Below are positions 27,917 through 40,037 of a stretch of 52,531 bases of DNA, piece after piece. Numbering within the stretch: the first letter of the stretch is position 1; each line of letters starts with the position of its first letter. The notes beneath the pieces are model-generated. The model saw only the letters and a program-made list of their open reading frames with translations. It did not search any database and was not told the origin of the DNA. This DNA comes from Gammaproteobacteria bacterium (GTDB lineage Bacteria > Pseudomonadota > Gammaproteobacteria > SURF-13). The DNA is taken from contig JAURVQ010000046.1 in NCBI GenBank assembly GCA_030655395.1, positions 1 to 52,531 on the forward strand, read 5' to 3'. The position numbers and the translations under genes were made by a program.

Positions 27917-29233
27917 ATGTCCACGCCTGCACCCAAAGTCGGTTTTGTCAGCCTCGGTTGTCCCAAGGCCCTGGTGGACTCCGAGCAAATCCTCACGCAA
28001 CTGCGCGCCGAAGGTTATGCGGTGGCGCCTACCTATCAGGACGCCGATCTCGTCATCGTCAACACCTGCGGTTTTATCGACGCGGCGGTGGAGGAATCGC
28101 TCGACGCCATCGGCGAGGCGTTGGCGGAGAACGGCAAGGTGATCGTGACCGGTTGCCTCGGCGCCAAGGGCGACGTGGTCAAGCAGGCGCATCCCGCGGT
28201 GCTCGCCGTCACCGGGCCACACGCCTTGCAGGAAGTGATGAGCGCAGTACACACTCATTTGCCCGCGCCACACGATCCATTTATCAGTCTCATTCCGCCA
28301 CAAGGCATCCGGCTCACACCGCAGCATTACGCCTATTTAAAAATTTCCGAAGGTTGTAATCATCGCTGCACGTTTTGCATCATTCCCTCCATGCGCGGCG
28401 ATCTTGTGAGCCGACCCATCAACGAAGTGATGCAGGAGGCGGAAAATCTGGTCAACGCAGGCGTGAAAGAGTTGCTCGTTATCTCACAAGACACCAGCGC
28501 CTACGGCGTGGACATAAAATACCGCACCGGTTTCTGGCGCGGGCGGCCCGTGAAGACACACATCACGCCGCTGGCGCAGGCGCTGGGCGAACTGGGTGTG
28601 TGGGTGCGGCTGCATTATGTCTACCCCTATCCGCATGTGGATGAGCTCATCCCGCTCATGGCGGAGGGTAAAATCCTGCCCTATCTCGACGTGCCGCTGC
28701 AGCACGCGAGTCCCGCCATCCTCAAGGCCATGAAGCGCCCGGCGAACAGTGAAGACACGCTGGCGCGCATCCGGCGCTGGCGCGAAATCTGTCCCGAGAT
28801 TACGCTGCGCAGCACGTTTATCACGGGCTTTCCCGGCGAGACCGAAGACGACTTCGAACGCCTGCTGGACTTTCTGCGTGCCGCCGAACTGGATCGCGTC
28901 GGCTGCTTTGCCTATTCGCCGGTGGAGGGCGCGCGCGCCAACGTGCTCGCCCACCCCGTGCCGGAGGAAGTTAAGTTAGAGCGTCAGGCACGCCTGATGG
29001 CCGCTCAAGAGGAGATATCGGCCGCCAAGCTGCAACGCAGGCTGGGCCAGACTTGCCGGGTGTTGATTGATGAAGTCAGCGAGACCGGCGCCAGCGCACG
29101 CTCGGCCCGCGAGGCGCCTGATATTGACGGTGTGATACGGCTTCCCGGCGGCGCTGGGCTGCGCGCGGGGGAGTGGGCGCAGGTGCGCATCACCGCGGCC
29201 AGCGCGCACGATCTGGAGGCCGAAAAAATCTAG
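27917..29233 (+). CDS. rimO: Ribosomal protein S12 methylthiotransferase
   Basis: [28 protein letters not shown]-terminal TRAM region. Start corrected to ATG 27917, 11 nt after the tRNA CCA. Confidence 0.97.
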   Translation: MSTPAPKVGFVSLGCPKALVDSEQILTQLRAEGYAVAPTYQDADLVIVNTCGFIDAAVEESLDAIGEALAENGKVIVTGCLGAKGDVVKQAHPAVLAVTGPHALQEVMSAVHTHLPAPHDPFISLIPPQGIRLTPQHYAYLKISEGCNHRCTFCIIPSMRGDLVSRPINEVMQEAENLVNAGVKELLVISQDTSAYGVDIKYRTGFWRGRPVKTHITPLAQALGELGVWVRLHYVYPYPHVDELIPLMAEGKILPYLDVPLQHASPAILKAMKRPANSEDTLARIRRWREICPEITLRSTFITGFPGETEDDFERLLDFLRAAELDRVGCFAYSPVEGARANVLAHPVPEEVKLERQARLMAAQEEISAAKLQRRLGQTCRVLIDEVSETGASARSAREAPDIDGVIRLPGGAGLRAGEWAQVRITAASAHDLEAEKI

Positions 29234-29337
29234 CGCGCGGTGTGTATTGCGAGGCAAAAAATGTGCTACGCTCACATAGCCTTTTGCTGGAATGGCTCGG
29301 GGAGATACAAAATATTAAAATTATTCCAGCGGAGTGC

Positions 29338-29367
29338 TTGACAAACGAAACGGCCCCGTCATACCAT
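29338..29367 (+). promoter_or_regulatory. Putative sigma70 promoter
   Basis: TTGACA-18 bp-TACCAT with an AT-rich tract upstream. Confidence 0.6.
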
Positions 29368-29460
29368 CTAACGCGGTTAATATAAAACCTTAAGAAACAG
29401 GTAATTCGTTGATTAACCTCAGAAAATTAAAAAATCCACAAGCCAAATAGGAGAGTAACG

Positions 29461-30567
29461 ATGATGAATATCAGTCGCCGTAATTTCCTCAAGGGTGCAG
29501 CTGCCACGGGTGTCGGCAGCATTCTTCCCTTGAGCATGGTCACGGTCGAGGCCGAGGCAGGTGAGTCATTCACCTTCGCCTGGATCACCGACCAGCATCT
29601 GCAACTAATCTCTGGCGCCAAGTTCGTGAAGAGCTGGGACGACGGTTTCAAGCTGGCGATCAGCGAAGTAATGAACGCCAACCCGAAGCCCGACTTCTGC
29701 TACTTCGGTGGTGATCTGGCCCAGGCCGGCCTGAAGGCCGAACTGGATCACGGTATGGACATGTGGTCCAAGACCGGCCTCAAGGTTAAAGCCATTAACG
29801 GTGAGCATGACTACTTCCTCGACATGGGCAAGTCTTCACGCGCCGCCTACGGCATGCCCTCTGACAACTACACCTTCGAGCACAAGGGCGTGCAGTTCAT
29901 CATGCTGACCACCATCCGTGGTGCCGAGGACTGGGAAAAGCGTCACGCCAAAAACCCCCAGATCCGCATGAACGAGATGATGCGCATAGACAACTATGTG
30001 GATGGTTCTGCCTTCCGTCTGGGTCGTGAAGGCCTGGCCTGGTTGAAGAAGACCGTCGCCGGTCTGGACAAGAACAAGCACACGATCGTGTGCTCGCACT
30101 CCCCGATACAGAAGATCTACAGCGGCTGGAACTTCTGGACCGAGGACGCGGAAGAGATCCAGGCTGCGTTGAAGGACATCAAGCGTGTGACCGTGCTGTA
30201 CAACCACGTGCATCAACCTATGGCCAGCCAGAAGGGCAACATTGCCTTCTTCTCCAACTTCTCGACTGCTTGGCCGTGGCCGCATGTAAGCACCGTGGCC
30301 GATGCCACCATGTGCGGAGACGGCGCTTACAAGGGCTGCGAAAAGGGTTCGGACTACTACCCGAAACTGATCCTGCCTTATCATCGCGCTGACGTGGCCA
30401 ACTTCCGTGATGCGACCGGCTGGTCCATCGTCAACACGGATACCGGCGGCAAGTTCGACGTCACGGTCACCCAGTGGGGCGACAATCCCAAGCGTAATAT
30501 CACTTGGGATGGCCAGCTCAAGGAAGTGGGCGCCGCTCCTGCCACCAAAGCCCAGATACAGTACTAA
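29461..30567 (+). CDS. Tat-exported calcineurin-like metallophosphoesterase-fold protein
   Basis: SRRNFLK Tat motif; TDQH, GGDL, NGEHD, SHSP and YNHVH metal-motif series; AGGAG RBS. Confidence 0.85.
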   Translation: MMNISRRNFLKGAAATGVGSILPLSMVTVEAEAGESFTFAWITDQHLQLISGAKFVKSWDDGFKLAISEVMNANPKPDFCYFGGDLAQAGLKAELDHGMDMWSKTGLKVKAINGEHDYFLDMGKSSRAAYGMPSDNYTFEHKGVQFIMLTTIRGAEDWEKRHAKNPQIRMNEMMRIDNYVDGSAFRLGREGLAWLKKTVAGLDKNKHTIVCSHSPIQKIYSGWNFWTEDAEEIQAALKDIKRVTVLYNHVHQPMASQKGNIAFFSNFSTAWPWPHVSTVADATMCGDGAYKGCEKGSDYYPKLILPYHRADVANFRDATGWSIVNTDTGGKFDVTVTQWGDNPKRNITWDGQLKEVGAAPATKAQIQY

Positions 30568-30586
30568 GAGAATAAGGAGAAAACCT

Positions 30587-30997
30587 ATGATGATTCGTAA
30601 AAGCACATTGGCCGCGCTGGGCGCGTCCTTTATTCTGGGCCTTGCCGTGACGGCGTCAGCGCATGCCGAAGCCGTGAAAGACACTGCCAAGTGGGACAGT
30701 GAGTTCAAGGCTTCCGTAAAGCGCGGTGACGGTCTGTTCCACGGTGGAATCAAGAGCAGCAACGAGGTGGCCTGCGTTCAGTGCCATCCGGAAGGCTCTA
30801 ACACCCACGCGGAGACCTATCCCAAGTACCAGAAGCAGCTCGGCAAGGTGTCGCAGCTGTGGGAGATGGCCAACTGGTGCCTCGAGAACCCGCTGGAAAG
30901 CAAGCCTATGGCTGCGGACAGTCAGGACATGGTCGATTTGGTTGCCTACATGACCATGATCCGTAGGGGTTACAAGCTGGAAGCTGGCAAGTACTAA
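30587..30997 (+). CDS. Periplasmic monoheme cytochrome c, SoxA/TsdA-like motifs
   Basis: TAAGGAG RBS, signal peptide ending AHA, CVQCH, YPKY...GKV..L..MANWC. Confidence 0.85.
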   Translation: MMIRKSTLAALGASFILGLAVTASAHAEAVKDTAKWDSEFKASVKRGDGLFHGGIKSSNEVACVQCHPEGSNTHAETYPKYQKQLGKVSQLWEMANWCLENPLESKPMAADSQDMVDLVAYMTMIRRGYKLEAGKY

Positions 30998-31029
30998 TAT
31001 TTATTAGCTAGTCATTGCAGTAGTTCAAG

Positions 31030-31062
31030 ACGGCACTGTGGCAACACAGTGCCGTTTTTTTT
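31030..31062 (+). terminator. Rho-independent terminator
   Basis: ACGGCACTGTG-GCAA-CACAGTGCCGT followed by a T run. Confidence 0.9.
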
Positions 31063-31355
31063 AAGACGGATACAAGAGAAAAGAGGCAAGAGAACAGGAC
31101 GTGACTTCTCGGCTAATCTTGCGTCGCCAGATGAGTGCCTTGCCAAGCTGTTTCCGCCATGCAGTTAATGTAATCACATAGGGCGGCATGAATAGATCAC
31201 GTCGCCCAAGGGGCGCAACAACACTCCGTTTCCCAGTGTGTGTTGGCAAACGCGCAAGCCGCTTCGCTGCTGCCACGGATAAGGCGTGCGCGTGGCGTAA
31301 TTGTCGTAGAAGGCCTGATAACTTTCATCCGTGGTGAGCACGGCGGAAAGCGGCT

Positions 31356-32237
31356 TTACTGGGTGACTGGGTGACTTGGTGTTGGATGTTCGCTTAAGCG
31401 TAGATTATTCCAGATGGCGATGGTGGGGACGGCCTGATTCATGGTGTAAAAATGCAGGCCCGGTGCACCGGCATCGAGCAGCTCGCGGCACAGTTCAGTG
31501 ACGACATCCAGGCCGAAGGCGCGCAGCGAGGCGGCATCATCGCCAAAGGCTTCGAGGCGTTTGCGCAGCCAGCGCGGAATTTCCGCGCCGCAGCGGTCGG
31601 AAAAACGCGCGAGTTGCGTGTAATTCGTGATCGGCATGATGCCGGGCACGATGGGCAACGTCACGCCCATCTTTTCGCAGCTCTCCACGAAGCGGTAATA
31701 GGCGTCCGCGTTGTAAAAATACTGCGTCATGGCGCTGTCCGCGCCCGCTTCGACCTTGCGCTTGAAGTTCTGTAAATCGTGCGCGGCGTCGCGCGCATCG
31801 GGGTGAAACTCCGGGTAGGCGGCCACCTCGATATGAAAATGATCGCCCGCCTCGGCGCGGATAAACTCGACGAGGTCGCGCGCATAAGGCAGCTCGCCGG
31901 GCTTGCTCGCGCCTGCGGGGAGATCGCCGCGCAGCGCCACGATGTGGCGGATGCCGTGCTGTTTGTAGGCGGTCAATAACGCACGCAGGTCTGCACGTGA
32001 GGCGGCGATGCAGGAGAGATGGGGCGCGGCCTGCAGTCCCGCCTTTTGTATCTCGACGACGGTTTCCAGGGTGCGGTCGCGCGTACTGCCGCCCGCGCCG
32101 AAGGTCACCGAGAAAAAGCGCGGGTTTAGCTTGGCGAGTTCGCTACGCGTTTCGCGTAGCTTGACGGCGGCCTCTTCATTTTTGGTCGGAAAGAATTCAA
32201 AGCTGAAGACACGCTCGTGTTGTTTTTGGGATTGCAT
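31356..32237 (-). CDS. metF: 5,10-methylenetetrahydrofolate reductase
   Basis: FSFEFFP, SVTFGAGGS, VALRGD, AAYPE.HP, GLHFYTMN. Confidence 0.96.
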   Translation of the reverse strand: MQSQKQHERVFSFEFFPTKNEEAAVKLRETRSELAKLNPRFFSVTFGAGGSTRDRTLETVVEIQKAGLQAAPHLSCIAASRADLRALLTAYKQHGIRHIVALRGDLPAGASKPGELPYARDLVEFIRAEAGDHFHIEVAAYPEFHPDARDAAHDLQNFKRKVEAGADSAMTQYFYNADAYYRFVESCEKMGVTLPIVPGIMPITNYTQLARFSDRCGAEIPRWLRKRLEAFGDDAASLRAFGLDVVTELCRELLDAGAPGLHFYTMNQAVPTIAIWNNLRLSEHPTPSHPVTQ

Positions 32238-32258
32238 ATATTGAAACTTCATAAAAAT

Positions 32259-32332
32259 GTAGGGCGGGTTAGCGCAGCGTAACCCGCCAACATTCGGTGG
32301 GTTACGGCGCTTACGCGCCTAACCCACCCTAC
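32259..32332. repeat. GTAG-ended REP doublet, family C
   Basis: GTAGGGCGGGTTAGCGCAGCGTAACCCGCC ... GGTGGGTTACGGCGCTTACGCGCCTAACCCACCCTAC. Confidence 0.85.
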
Positions 32333-32333
32333 A

Positions 32334-33647
<1,314 letters not shown>

Positions 33648-33666
33648 GATTTTTCCTTTTTAAAGC

Positions 33667-33753
33667 CTCAACGCCAAGACGCAAAGTCGCCAAGAAATTA
33701 ATACTTGAACGATGTACTTTGTGATCTTGGCGTCTCTGCGTCTTTGCGTTGAG
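33667..33753. repeat. Intergenic inverted repeat built from roughly 9-bp units
   Basis: CTCAACGCCAAGACGCAAAGTCGCCAAGA ... TCTTGGCGTCTCTGCGTCTTTGCGTTGAG. Confidence 0.75.
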
Positions 33754-33767
33754 TGGTCTAGACTGAG

Positions 33768-34937
33768 CTATGCGGCTTTAAGGCCGGCGGCCTCACGCAA
33801 TGCGGCGGCCTTGTCGGTGCGTTCCCAGGTGAAGTTCGCTTCCTCGCGCCCGAAGTGGCCGTAGGCGGCGGTTTGCTGGTAGATGGGGCGCAGCAGGTTC
33901 AGCATTTTAATCAGGCCGCGCGGACGCAGATCGAAGTGTGCGCGCACCAGTTGCACGATGCGCTCGTCACTGATCTTGCCGGTGCCGAAGGTGTCGACGC
34001 CGATCGAGGTGGGCTCGGCGACGCCGATGGCGTAGGAGACCTGTATCTCGCAGCGCTCGGCCAGACCGGCGGCGACGATGTTCTTCGCCACGTAGCGTCC
34101 GGCGTAGGCCGCGGAGCGGTCTACCTTGGACGGATCCTTGCCCGAAAAGGCGCCGCCGCCGTGACGCGCCATGCCGCCGTAGGTATCGACGATGATCTTG
34201 CGTCCGGTGAGTCCGCAGTCGCCCATGGGGCCGCCGACCACAAAACGTCCGGTGGGATTGATGAAGAAGCGTGTGTCCTTGCTGAGCCACTCCGCAGGCA
34301 GCACGTGCAGGATGATCTCATCCATCACCGCTTCCTTGAGTGCCTGGTAGGAGATATCCGGGCTGTGCTGGGTGGACAGCACCACGGCGTCGATGCCCAC
34401 CGGTTTGTGATTTTCATAACGGAAGGTGACCTGGCTCTTGGCATCCGGGCGCAGCCACGGCAGCGTGCCGTTCTTGCGCACCTCGGCCTGACGCTTGACC
34501 AGGCGGTGCGCGTAGGTGATGGGCGCCGGCATCAGCACGTCGGTCTCGTTGGTAGCGTAACCGAACATCAGGCCCTGGTCGCCAGCGCCCTGCTCGTGTT
34601 CCTGGGTCTCGTCCACCCCGGCCGCGATATCCGCCGACTGCTTGTCTATCGAGACCAGTACCGCGCACGATTGCCAGTCGAAGCCCATCTCGGAGCTGTT
34701 GTAACCGATGTTTTTCACCGTCTCGCGCACCACGGCGGGCATGTCCACCCACGCACTGGTGGTGATTTCACCCGCAATCACCACCATGCCGGTGGTGACC
34801 AGGGTTTCGCACGCCACACGCGCGCGCGCGTCCTGGGCCAGGATGGCGTCGAGAATGCCGTCTGAAATCTGATCGGCGACCTTGTCGGGATGTCCTTCGG
34901 AGACCGATTCAGAGGTGAATAAACTCATGGTGGCCAT
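33768..34937 (-). CDS. metK: S-adenosylmethionine synthetase
   Basis: [35 protein letters not shown]. Confidence 0.98.
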   Translation of the reverse strand: MATMSLFTSESVSEGHPDKVADQISDGILDAILAQDARARVACETLVTTGMVVIAGEITTSAWVDMPAVVRETVKNIGYNSSEMGFDWQSCAVLVSIDKQSADIAAGVDETQEHEQGAGDQGLMFGYATNETDVLMPAPITYAHRLVKRQAEVRKNGTLPWLRPDAKSQVTFRYENHKPVGIDAVVLSTQHSPDISYQALKEAVMDEIILHVLPAEWLSKDTRFFINPTGRFVVGGPMGDCGLTGRKIIVDTYGGMARHGGGAFSGKDPSKVDRSAAYAGRYVAKNIVAAGLAERCEIQVSYAIGVAEPTSIGVDTFGTGKISDERIVQLVRAHFDLRPRGLIKMLNLLRPIYQQTAAYGHFGREEANFTWERTDKAAALREAAGLKAA

Positions 34938-35067
34938 GTCGCTCCTCAATGTTGTTGATATCTATAACCGCTAACGGCACAGGGATGCGCTAGTTTAGCG
35001 TGGCGGCGGCAATTTTTCATGCCAAATGTGTAAAATAGCGTGAGGATAATCGCTCGGAGGGTGTGTC

Positions 35068-35625
35068 ATGGTCAGGCTGGAGACGCCGGTGTGTGAATTT
35101 GGACGGCCTGCGCCGGATTTTTCCCTGCCGGGTGTGGACGGCAAGCAGTGGACGCTTGCGCAATGCCGTGGCGAAAAGGGATTGCTGGTGATGTTCATCT
35201 GTAACCACTGCCCCTATGTGCAGGCGGTGCGCGAGCGCATGGTGCGGGATGCACGCGAGCTGCTCGATTACGGCGTCAAGAGTGTGGCGATTATGTCCAA
35301 TGACCCCGCCGACTACCCGGAGGACTCGTTCGAGAACATGCAGCAGGTGGCCGCTGAGTTCGGCTTCTCGTTCCCCTACTTGTGGGACAAGACCCAGGCC
35401 ACCGCCAAGGCCTACGGCGCCGTGTGCACCCCCGATTTCTTTGGCTATAACGCACAACTGGAGTTGCAATACCGTGGACGCCTCGACGCGAGCCGCAAGG
35501 AGGCCGCTCCGCCGGACGCCCGCCGCGACCTGTTCGAGGCGATGCGGCAGGTGGCGCTCACCGGAAATGGCCCGCGCGAGCAGATTCCGGGCATGGGCTG
35601 CTCGATAAAGTGGACGCAAGCCTGA
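35068..35625 (+). CDS. Thioredoxin/peroxiredoxin-like (AhpC/TSA-type) protein
   Basis: APDFSLP, FICNHCPYV, AVCTPDFF, GCSIKW. Confidence 0.9.
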   Translation: MVRLETPVCEFGRPAPDFSLPGVDGKQWTLAQCRGEKGLLVMFICNHCPYVQAVRERMVRDARELLDYGVKSVAIMSNDPADYPEDSFENMQQVAAEFGFSFPYLWDKTQATAKAYGAVCTPDFFGYNAQLELQYRGRLDASRKEAAPPDARRDLFEAMRQVALTGNGPREQIPGMGCSIKWTQA

Positions 35626-35931
35626 TCTGGCCGCCTCATTACTATTGCCGAAAGTCCGCAGGTAAGCCAAAATAACGGCTTGGGTGAGGCCGCCTGCGGG
35701 CGGTGTAAGTCCCCCAGCACAAACCCTGACCAAGCCAGGTTAGCGACCCCGGGCCAGTTGCCTCCAGGAGTAAGGCGCCGGGGAATTTTTTGCCATGGAA
35801 CATTGATCTCCCCGTGGAGAAAATTGGTGCGCGTAGCTGTGTGGTTTGCCGCAGCCGCTCAAGTGCGGCGCGGGCGCGAAGCGCCGGGTCGCAACGGATT
35901 CAGAATTTTATTTTTTAAGGTTTAAGTGGAA

Positions 35932-36855
35932 ATGAAGAAGCCCATTGTACTTGGTATCGTCGGCGACTCCGCCGCGGGCAAGACTACCATCACCAAGGGC
36001 ATCGCCCAGGTGCTGGGCGAAGACCGCGTGACCACGGTTTGCACCGACGACTATCACAGATATAACCGCAAGGATCGCGCTCGCCTCGGCATTACCGCGC
36101 TGCATCCGGATTGCAACTACCTCGACATCATCGAGCAACACCTGCGGTTGCTGAAGGACGGCCAGCCCATCCTCAAGCCGCACTACAACCACTCCACCGG
36201 CGACTTTGATCCGCCTAACTATGTGGAGGCCAAGGAGTTCATCATCGTCGAAGGGCTGCTGGGTTATTCCACCAAGGCCATGCGCGACAGCTACGACGTC
36301 AAGCTCTACCTCGCGCCGCCCGAAGAGCTGCGCTTTCAGTGGAAGATGAAGCGCGACACCAGCAAACGCGGCCACACCATCGAGGATGTGCGCAAGGAGA
36401 TGAAGGCGCGCGAGCCTGATTCCGAAGCCTTCATCCGTCCGCAGCGCAAGTGGGCGGACATGGTGATTTCGTTTTATCCGCCACCGGAGCACAAGGAAGA
36501 GACCGGCGGACACTTGAACGCCTCCATCATACTGCGCCCCACGCTGCCGACGCACCCCGATCTCTCGCAGGTGCTGGAGGAGGGCGGCAACGGCCTGCGT
36601 CTGCTGCTGGACCGCGACATGGACCTGCCGGTGGACCGGCTCGAAATCTCCGGCGCGATCTCGGACAAGAAGGCCAGGCAACTGGAAGATTTGCTGTGGA
36701 GTTATATCCCCGGCGAGCACCATCACCTGCGTAACGATGGCATCGGCGCCATTACCGGCACCACCGGCGAGACGCTGAAGTCACATCCGCTTGCGCTCAC
36801 ACAATTGCTGATTGCCTATCACCTGCTGACGGCAGCCTCCGGCGTCTTCAAGTAA
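35932..36855 (+). CDS. prk: Phosphoribulokinase (non-proteobacterial-type sequence)
   Basis: GIVGDSAAGKTT, DDYH.Y.R..R...GITAL.P, KP.YNHSTG.FDPP, RD...RG; first gene of the tkt-gap-pgk-pyk-fba cluster. Confidence 0.85.
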   Translation: MKKPIVLGIVGDSAAGKTTITKGIAQVLGEDRVTTVCTDDYHRYNRKDRARLGITALHPDCNYLDIIEQHLRLLKDGQPILKPHYNHSTGDFDPPNYVEAKEFIIVEGLLGYSTKAMRDSYDVKLYLAPPEELRFQWKMKRDTSKRGHTIEDVRKEMKAREPDSEAFIRPQRKWADMVISFYPPPEHKEETGGHLNASIILRPTLPTHPDLSQVLEEGGNGLRLLLDRDMDLPVDRLEISGAISDKKARQLEDLLWSYIPGEHHHLRNDGIGAITGTTGETLKSHPLALTQLLIAYHLLTAASGVFK

Positions 36856-36925
36856 GCGTATTGTGTTGAGAGCGCCGTGCATCGAGCGCGCTGAAGCATT
36901 TTATTTTTTAATTTAGGAGACAACG

Positions 36926-38920
36926 ATGCCCTCTCGCAGAGAGTTAGCCAACGCCATCCGCGTGCTGTCCATGGATGCCGTAGAGAAGGCCAAATCCGGC
37001 CACCCCGGCATGCCGATGGGCATGGCCGATATCGCCGAGGTATTGTGGAACGATTTCCTGCGCCACAATCCGGCCAACCCCAAGTGGGCGGATCGCGACC
37101 GTTTCGTGCTGTCGAACGGCCACGGTTCGATGCTGCTGTATTCGATGCTGCACCTCACCGGTTACGACCTCCCCATGGAGGAGATCAAACGCTTCCGCCA
37201 ACTGCATTCGAAAACGCCGGGCCACCCTGAATACGGCTACGCGCCTGGCATCGAGACCACCACCGGCCCGCTCGGCCAGGGCATCACCAACGCCGTCGGC
37301 ATGGCGCTGGCCGAAAAACTGCTCGCCGGCCAGTTTAACCGCGACGGCCACCACATCATCGACCACTACACCTACGTGTTCCTGGGCGACGGCTGTTTGA
37401 TGGAGGGCATCTCGCACGAGGCCTGTTCGCTCGCGGGCACGCTCGGCCTCGGCAAGATCATCGCGTTTTACGACGACAACGGCATCTCCATCGACGGCCA
37501 CGTCGAAGGCTGGTTCACCGACGATACACCGAAGCGCTTCGAGGCCTACGGCTGGCACGTGGTGCCGGGTGTGGACGGCCACAACGCCGACGCGCTGAAG
37601 AAGGCGATTCTCGAGGCGCGCTCGGTGAACGACAAACCGTCGCTCATCTGCTGCAAGACCGTGATCGGTTTCGGCGCACCGAACCTGTGCGGTAGTCACG
37701 ATTGCCATGGTGCGGCGCTGGGCGAAAAAGAGATTGCCGCCACGCGCGAGAATCTGGGCTGGAAGCACGAGCCGTTTGTGATGCCGGATGAATACTATGC
37801 GGGCTTCGATGCGCGCGCCAAGGGCGCCAAGACGGAAGCGGACTGGAACCAGCGCTTTGCCGCCTACAAGAAGGCCCACCCGGATCTGGCCGGCGAACTG
37901 GAGCGCCGTCTGCGCGGCGAGTTGCCCGCCGACTGGGCGGAAAAGTCTGCGGCGTTCGTCAATGCCGTGGCCGAGAAGGGCGAGACTATCGCCTCGCGCA
38001 AGGCCTCGCAGAATACACTGAACGGTTTCGGCCCGTTGCTGCCCGAGCTGCTGGGCGGCTCGGCCGACCTCGCCGGCTCCAACCTGACGATCTGGAAGGG
38101 TTCGGTGGGCGTCAGCAACACGGTGTCCGACGGCAACTACATTTACTACGGCGTGCGCGAGTTCGGCATGTCCGCGATCATGAACGGCATCGCGCTGCAC
38201 GGCGGTTTCATTCCCTACGGCGCGACGTTCCTGATGTTCTCCGAATATGCGCGCAACGCGTTGCGCATGGCGGCACTGATGAAGCAGCGCGTGCTGTTCG
38301 TCTACACGCATGACTCCATCGGCCTCGGCGAAGACGGCCCCACGCACCAGCCGGTGGAACAGACCGCAACCCTGCGCCTGATTCCTAACATGCAGGTATG
38401 GCGTCCATGCGATGCGGTGGAGTCCGCCGTCGCCTGGAAGGCTGCCATCGAACATACCGACGGGCCGTCGTGTCTCATTTTTTCGCGCCAGAATCTGCCG
38501 CACCAGAAACGCAGCGCGGAGCAGATCGCCGCCATTACGCGCGGCGGTTATGTGCTACTGGAGTGCGAATATCCCGTGCAGGCGATCATCATCGCCACCG
38601 GCTCTGAAGTGGGCCTCGCCGTTGATGCCGCCAAGGAACTGAATAAGCGCGGCTTCGGCATCCGTGTCGTGTCCATGCCGTGCACGCAGTTATTCGACAT
38701 GCAGGACGCGGCCTACCGCGAATCTGTGCTGCCCAGGGTCATCACCGCGCGCGTGGCGGTCGAGGCCGGCGTCACCGATGGCTGGATGAAGTACGTCGGA
38801 TTCGATGGCAAGGTGGTCGGCATCAACCGCTTCGGCGAATCCGCCCCGGCAGGCGATCTGCTCAAGCACTTCGGTTTCACCACCGACAAGGTGATCGACG
38901 CGGTGACGGACCTGCTCTGA
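36926..38920 (+). CDS. tkt: Transketolase
   Basis: [34 protein letters not shown]. Confidence 0.98.
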   Translation: MPSRRELANAIRVLSMDAVEKAKSGHPGMPMGMADIAEVLWNDFLRHNPANPKWADRDRFVLSNGHGSMLLYSMLHLTGYDLPMEEIKRFRQLHSKTPGHPEYGYAPGIETTTGPLGQGITNAVGMALAEKLLAGQFNRDGHHIIDHYTYVFLGDGCLMEGISHEACSLAGTLGLGKIIAFYDDNGISIDGHVEGWFTDDTPKRFEAYGWHVVPGVDGHNADALKKAILEARSVNDKPSLICCKTVIGFGAPNLCGSHDCHGAALGEKEIAATRENLGWKHEPFVMPDEYYAGFDARAKGAKTEADWNQRFAAYKKAHPDLAGELERRLRGELPADWAEKSAAFVNAVAEKGETIASRKASQNTLNGFGPLLPELLGGSADLAGSNLTIWKGSVGVSNTVSDGNYIYYGVREFGMSAIMNGIALHGGFIPYGATFLMFSEYARNALRMAALMKQRVLFVYTHDSIGLGEDGPTHQPVEQTATLRLIPNMQVWRPCDAVESAVAWKAAIEHTDGPSCLIFSRQNLPHQKRSAEQIAAITRGGYVLLECEYPVQAIIIATGSEVGLAVDAAKELNKRGFGIRVVSMPCTQLFDMQDAAYRESVLPRVITARVAVEAGVTDGWMKYVGFDGKVVGINRFGESAPAGDLLKHFGFTTDKVIDAVTDLL

Positions 38921-38954
38921 CGCAAAAATATTTTCGTAACTTTTGGAGAGAAAC

Positions 38955-39965
38955 ATGGCAATTAAAATTGCAATCAACGGCTACGGCCGTATCGGACGTA
39001 ACGTGCTGCGCGCGGTGTATGAAGCCAAGCGCAACAAGGAGATTCAGATCGTGGCGGTGAATGATCTCGGCAACGCCGAGACCAACGCCCACCTCACGCA
39101 GTACGACACGGTGCACGGCAAGTTCCCCGGCACGGTGACTGTGGAAGGCGATTACATGATCGTGAACGGCGACAAGATTCGCGTCTGCTCCGAGCGTGAT
39201 CCGTCGAAGCTGCCGTGGGGCGAGCTTGGCGTCGATGTGGTGCACGAATGCACCGGCATCTTCACCACCAAGGAAAAGGCCAGCCTGCATCTCAAGGCGG
39301 GCGCGAAGAAGGTCATCATCTCCGCGCCGGGCACCGATGTAGACGCGACCATTGTGTACGGGGTGAATCACAAGACGCTGAAGGCCGCACACACGGTGAT
39401 CTCCAACGGCTCCTGCACCACCAATTGCCTGGCGCCGCTGGTGGCGCCGTTGCACAAAAAGATAGGCCTCGTGCACGGCCTTATGACCACGGTGCACAGC
39501 TACACCAACGACCAGGTGCTGACCGACGTGTATCACTCGGACCTGCGCCGCGCGCGCTCCGCGACCATGTCGCAGATTCCCGCCAAGACCGGCGCGGCGG
39601 CGGCCATCGGCCTGGTGCTGCCGGAACTGGCAGGCAAGCTCGACGGTTTCGCGGTGCGCGTGCCGACCATCAACGTATCGCTGGTGGACTTGACCTTCGT
39701 CGCTGCGCGCGAGACCAGCAAGGATGAAATCAACGCCATTATGAAAGAAGCGGCCAACGGCGAACTGAAAGGCGTGTTAAACTACAACGACAAGCAGCTC
39801 GTCTCCGTGGATTTCAACCACGACCCCGCCTCCAGCACCTATGACTCTACGCTCACCAAGGTCGTCGACGGCACGCTGGTCAAGGTGCTCGCTTGGTATG
39901 ACAACGAATGGGGCTTCTCCAACCGTATGCTGGATACTACGGTTGCGCTGATGCAGGCGAAGTAA
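38955..39965 (+). CDS. gap: Type I glyceraldehyde-3-phosphate dehydrogenase
   Basis: [25 protein letters not shown]. Confidence 0.97.
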   Translation: MAIKIAINGYGRIGRNVLRAVYEAKRNKEIQIVAVNDLGNAETNAHLTQYDTVHGKFPGTVTVEGDYMIVNGDKIRVCSERDPSKLPWGELGVDVVHECTGIFTTKEKASLHLKAGAKKVIISAPGTDVDATIVYGVNHKTLKAAHTVISNGSCTTNCLAPLVAPLHKKIGLVHGLMTTVHSYTNDQVLTDVYHSDLRRARSATMSQIPAKTGAAAAIGLVLPELAGKLDGFAVRVPTINVSLVDLTFVAARETSKDEINAIMKEAANGELKGVLNYNDKQLVSVDFNHDPASSTYDSTLTKVVDGTLVKVLAWYDNEWGFSNRMLDTTVALMQAK

Positions 39966-40037
39966 AAGTAAAAGAGGGGTTAGGGGCTAGGGAAAAACCC
40001 GGTCGCTAGTCCCTAGCCCCCAGTCCCTGGAGTTTTT

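Noticed and set aside
33648-35067. SAH or SAM riboswitch upstream of ahcY or metK
   Set aside because: No consensus recognisable by eye, and the ahcY leader is filled by an inverted repeat. A cmscan run would be needed to exclude it fully.
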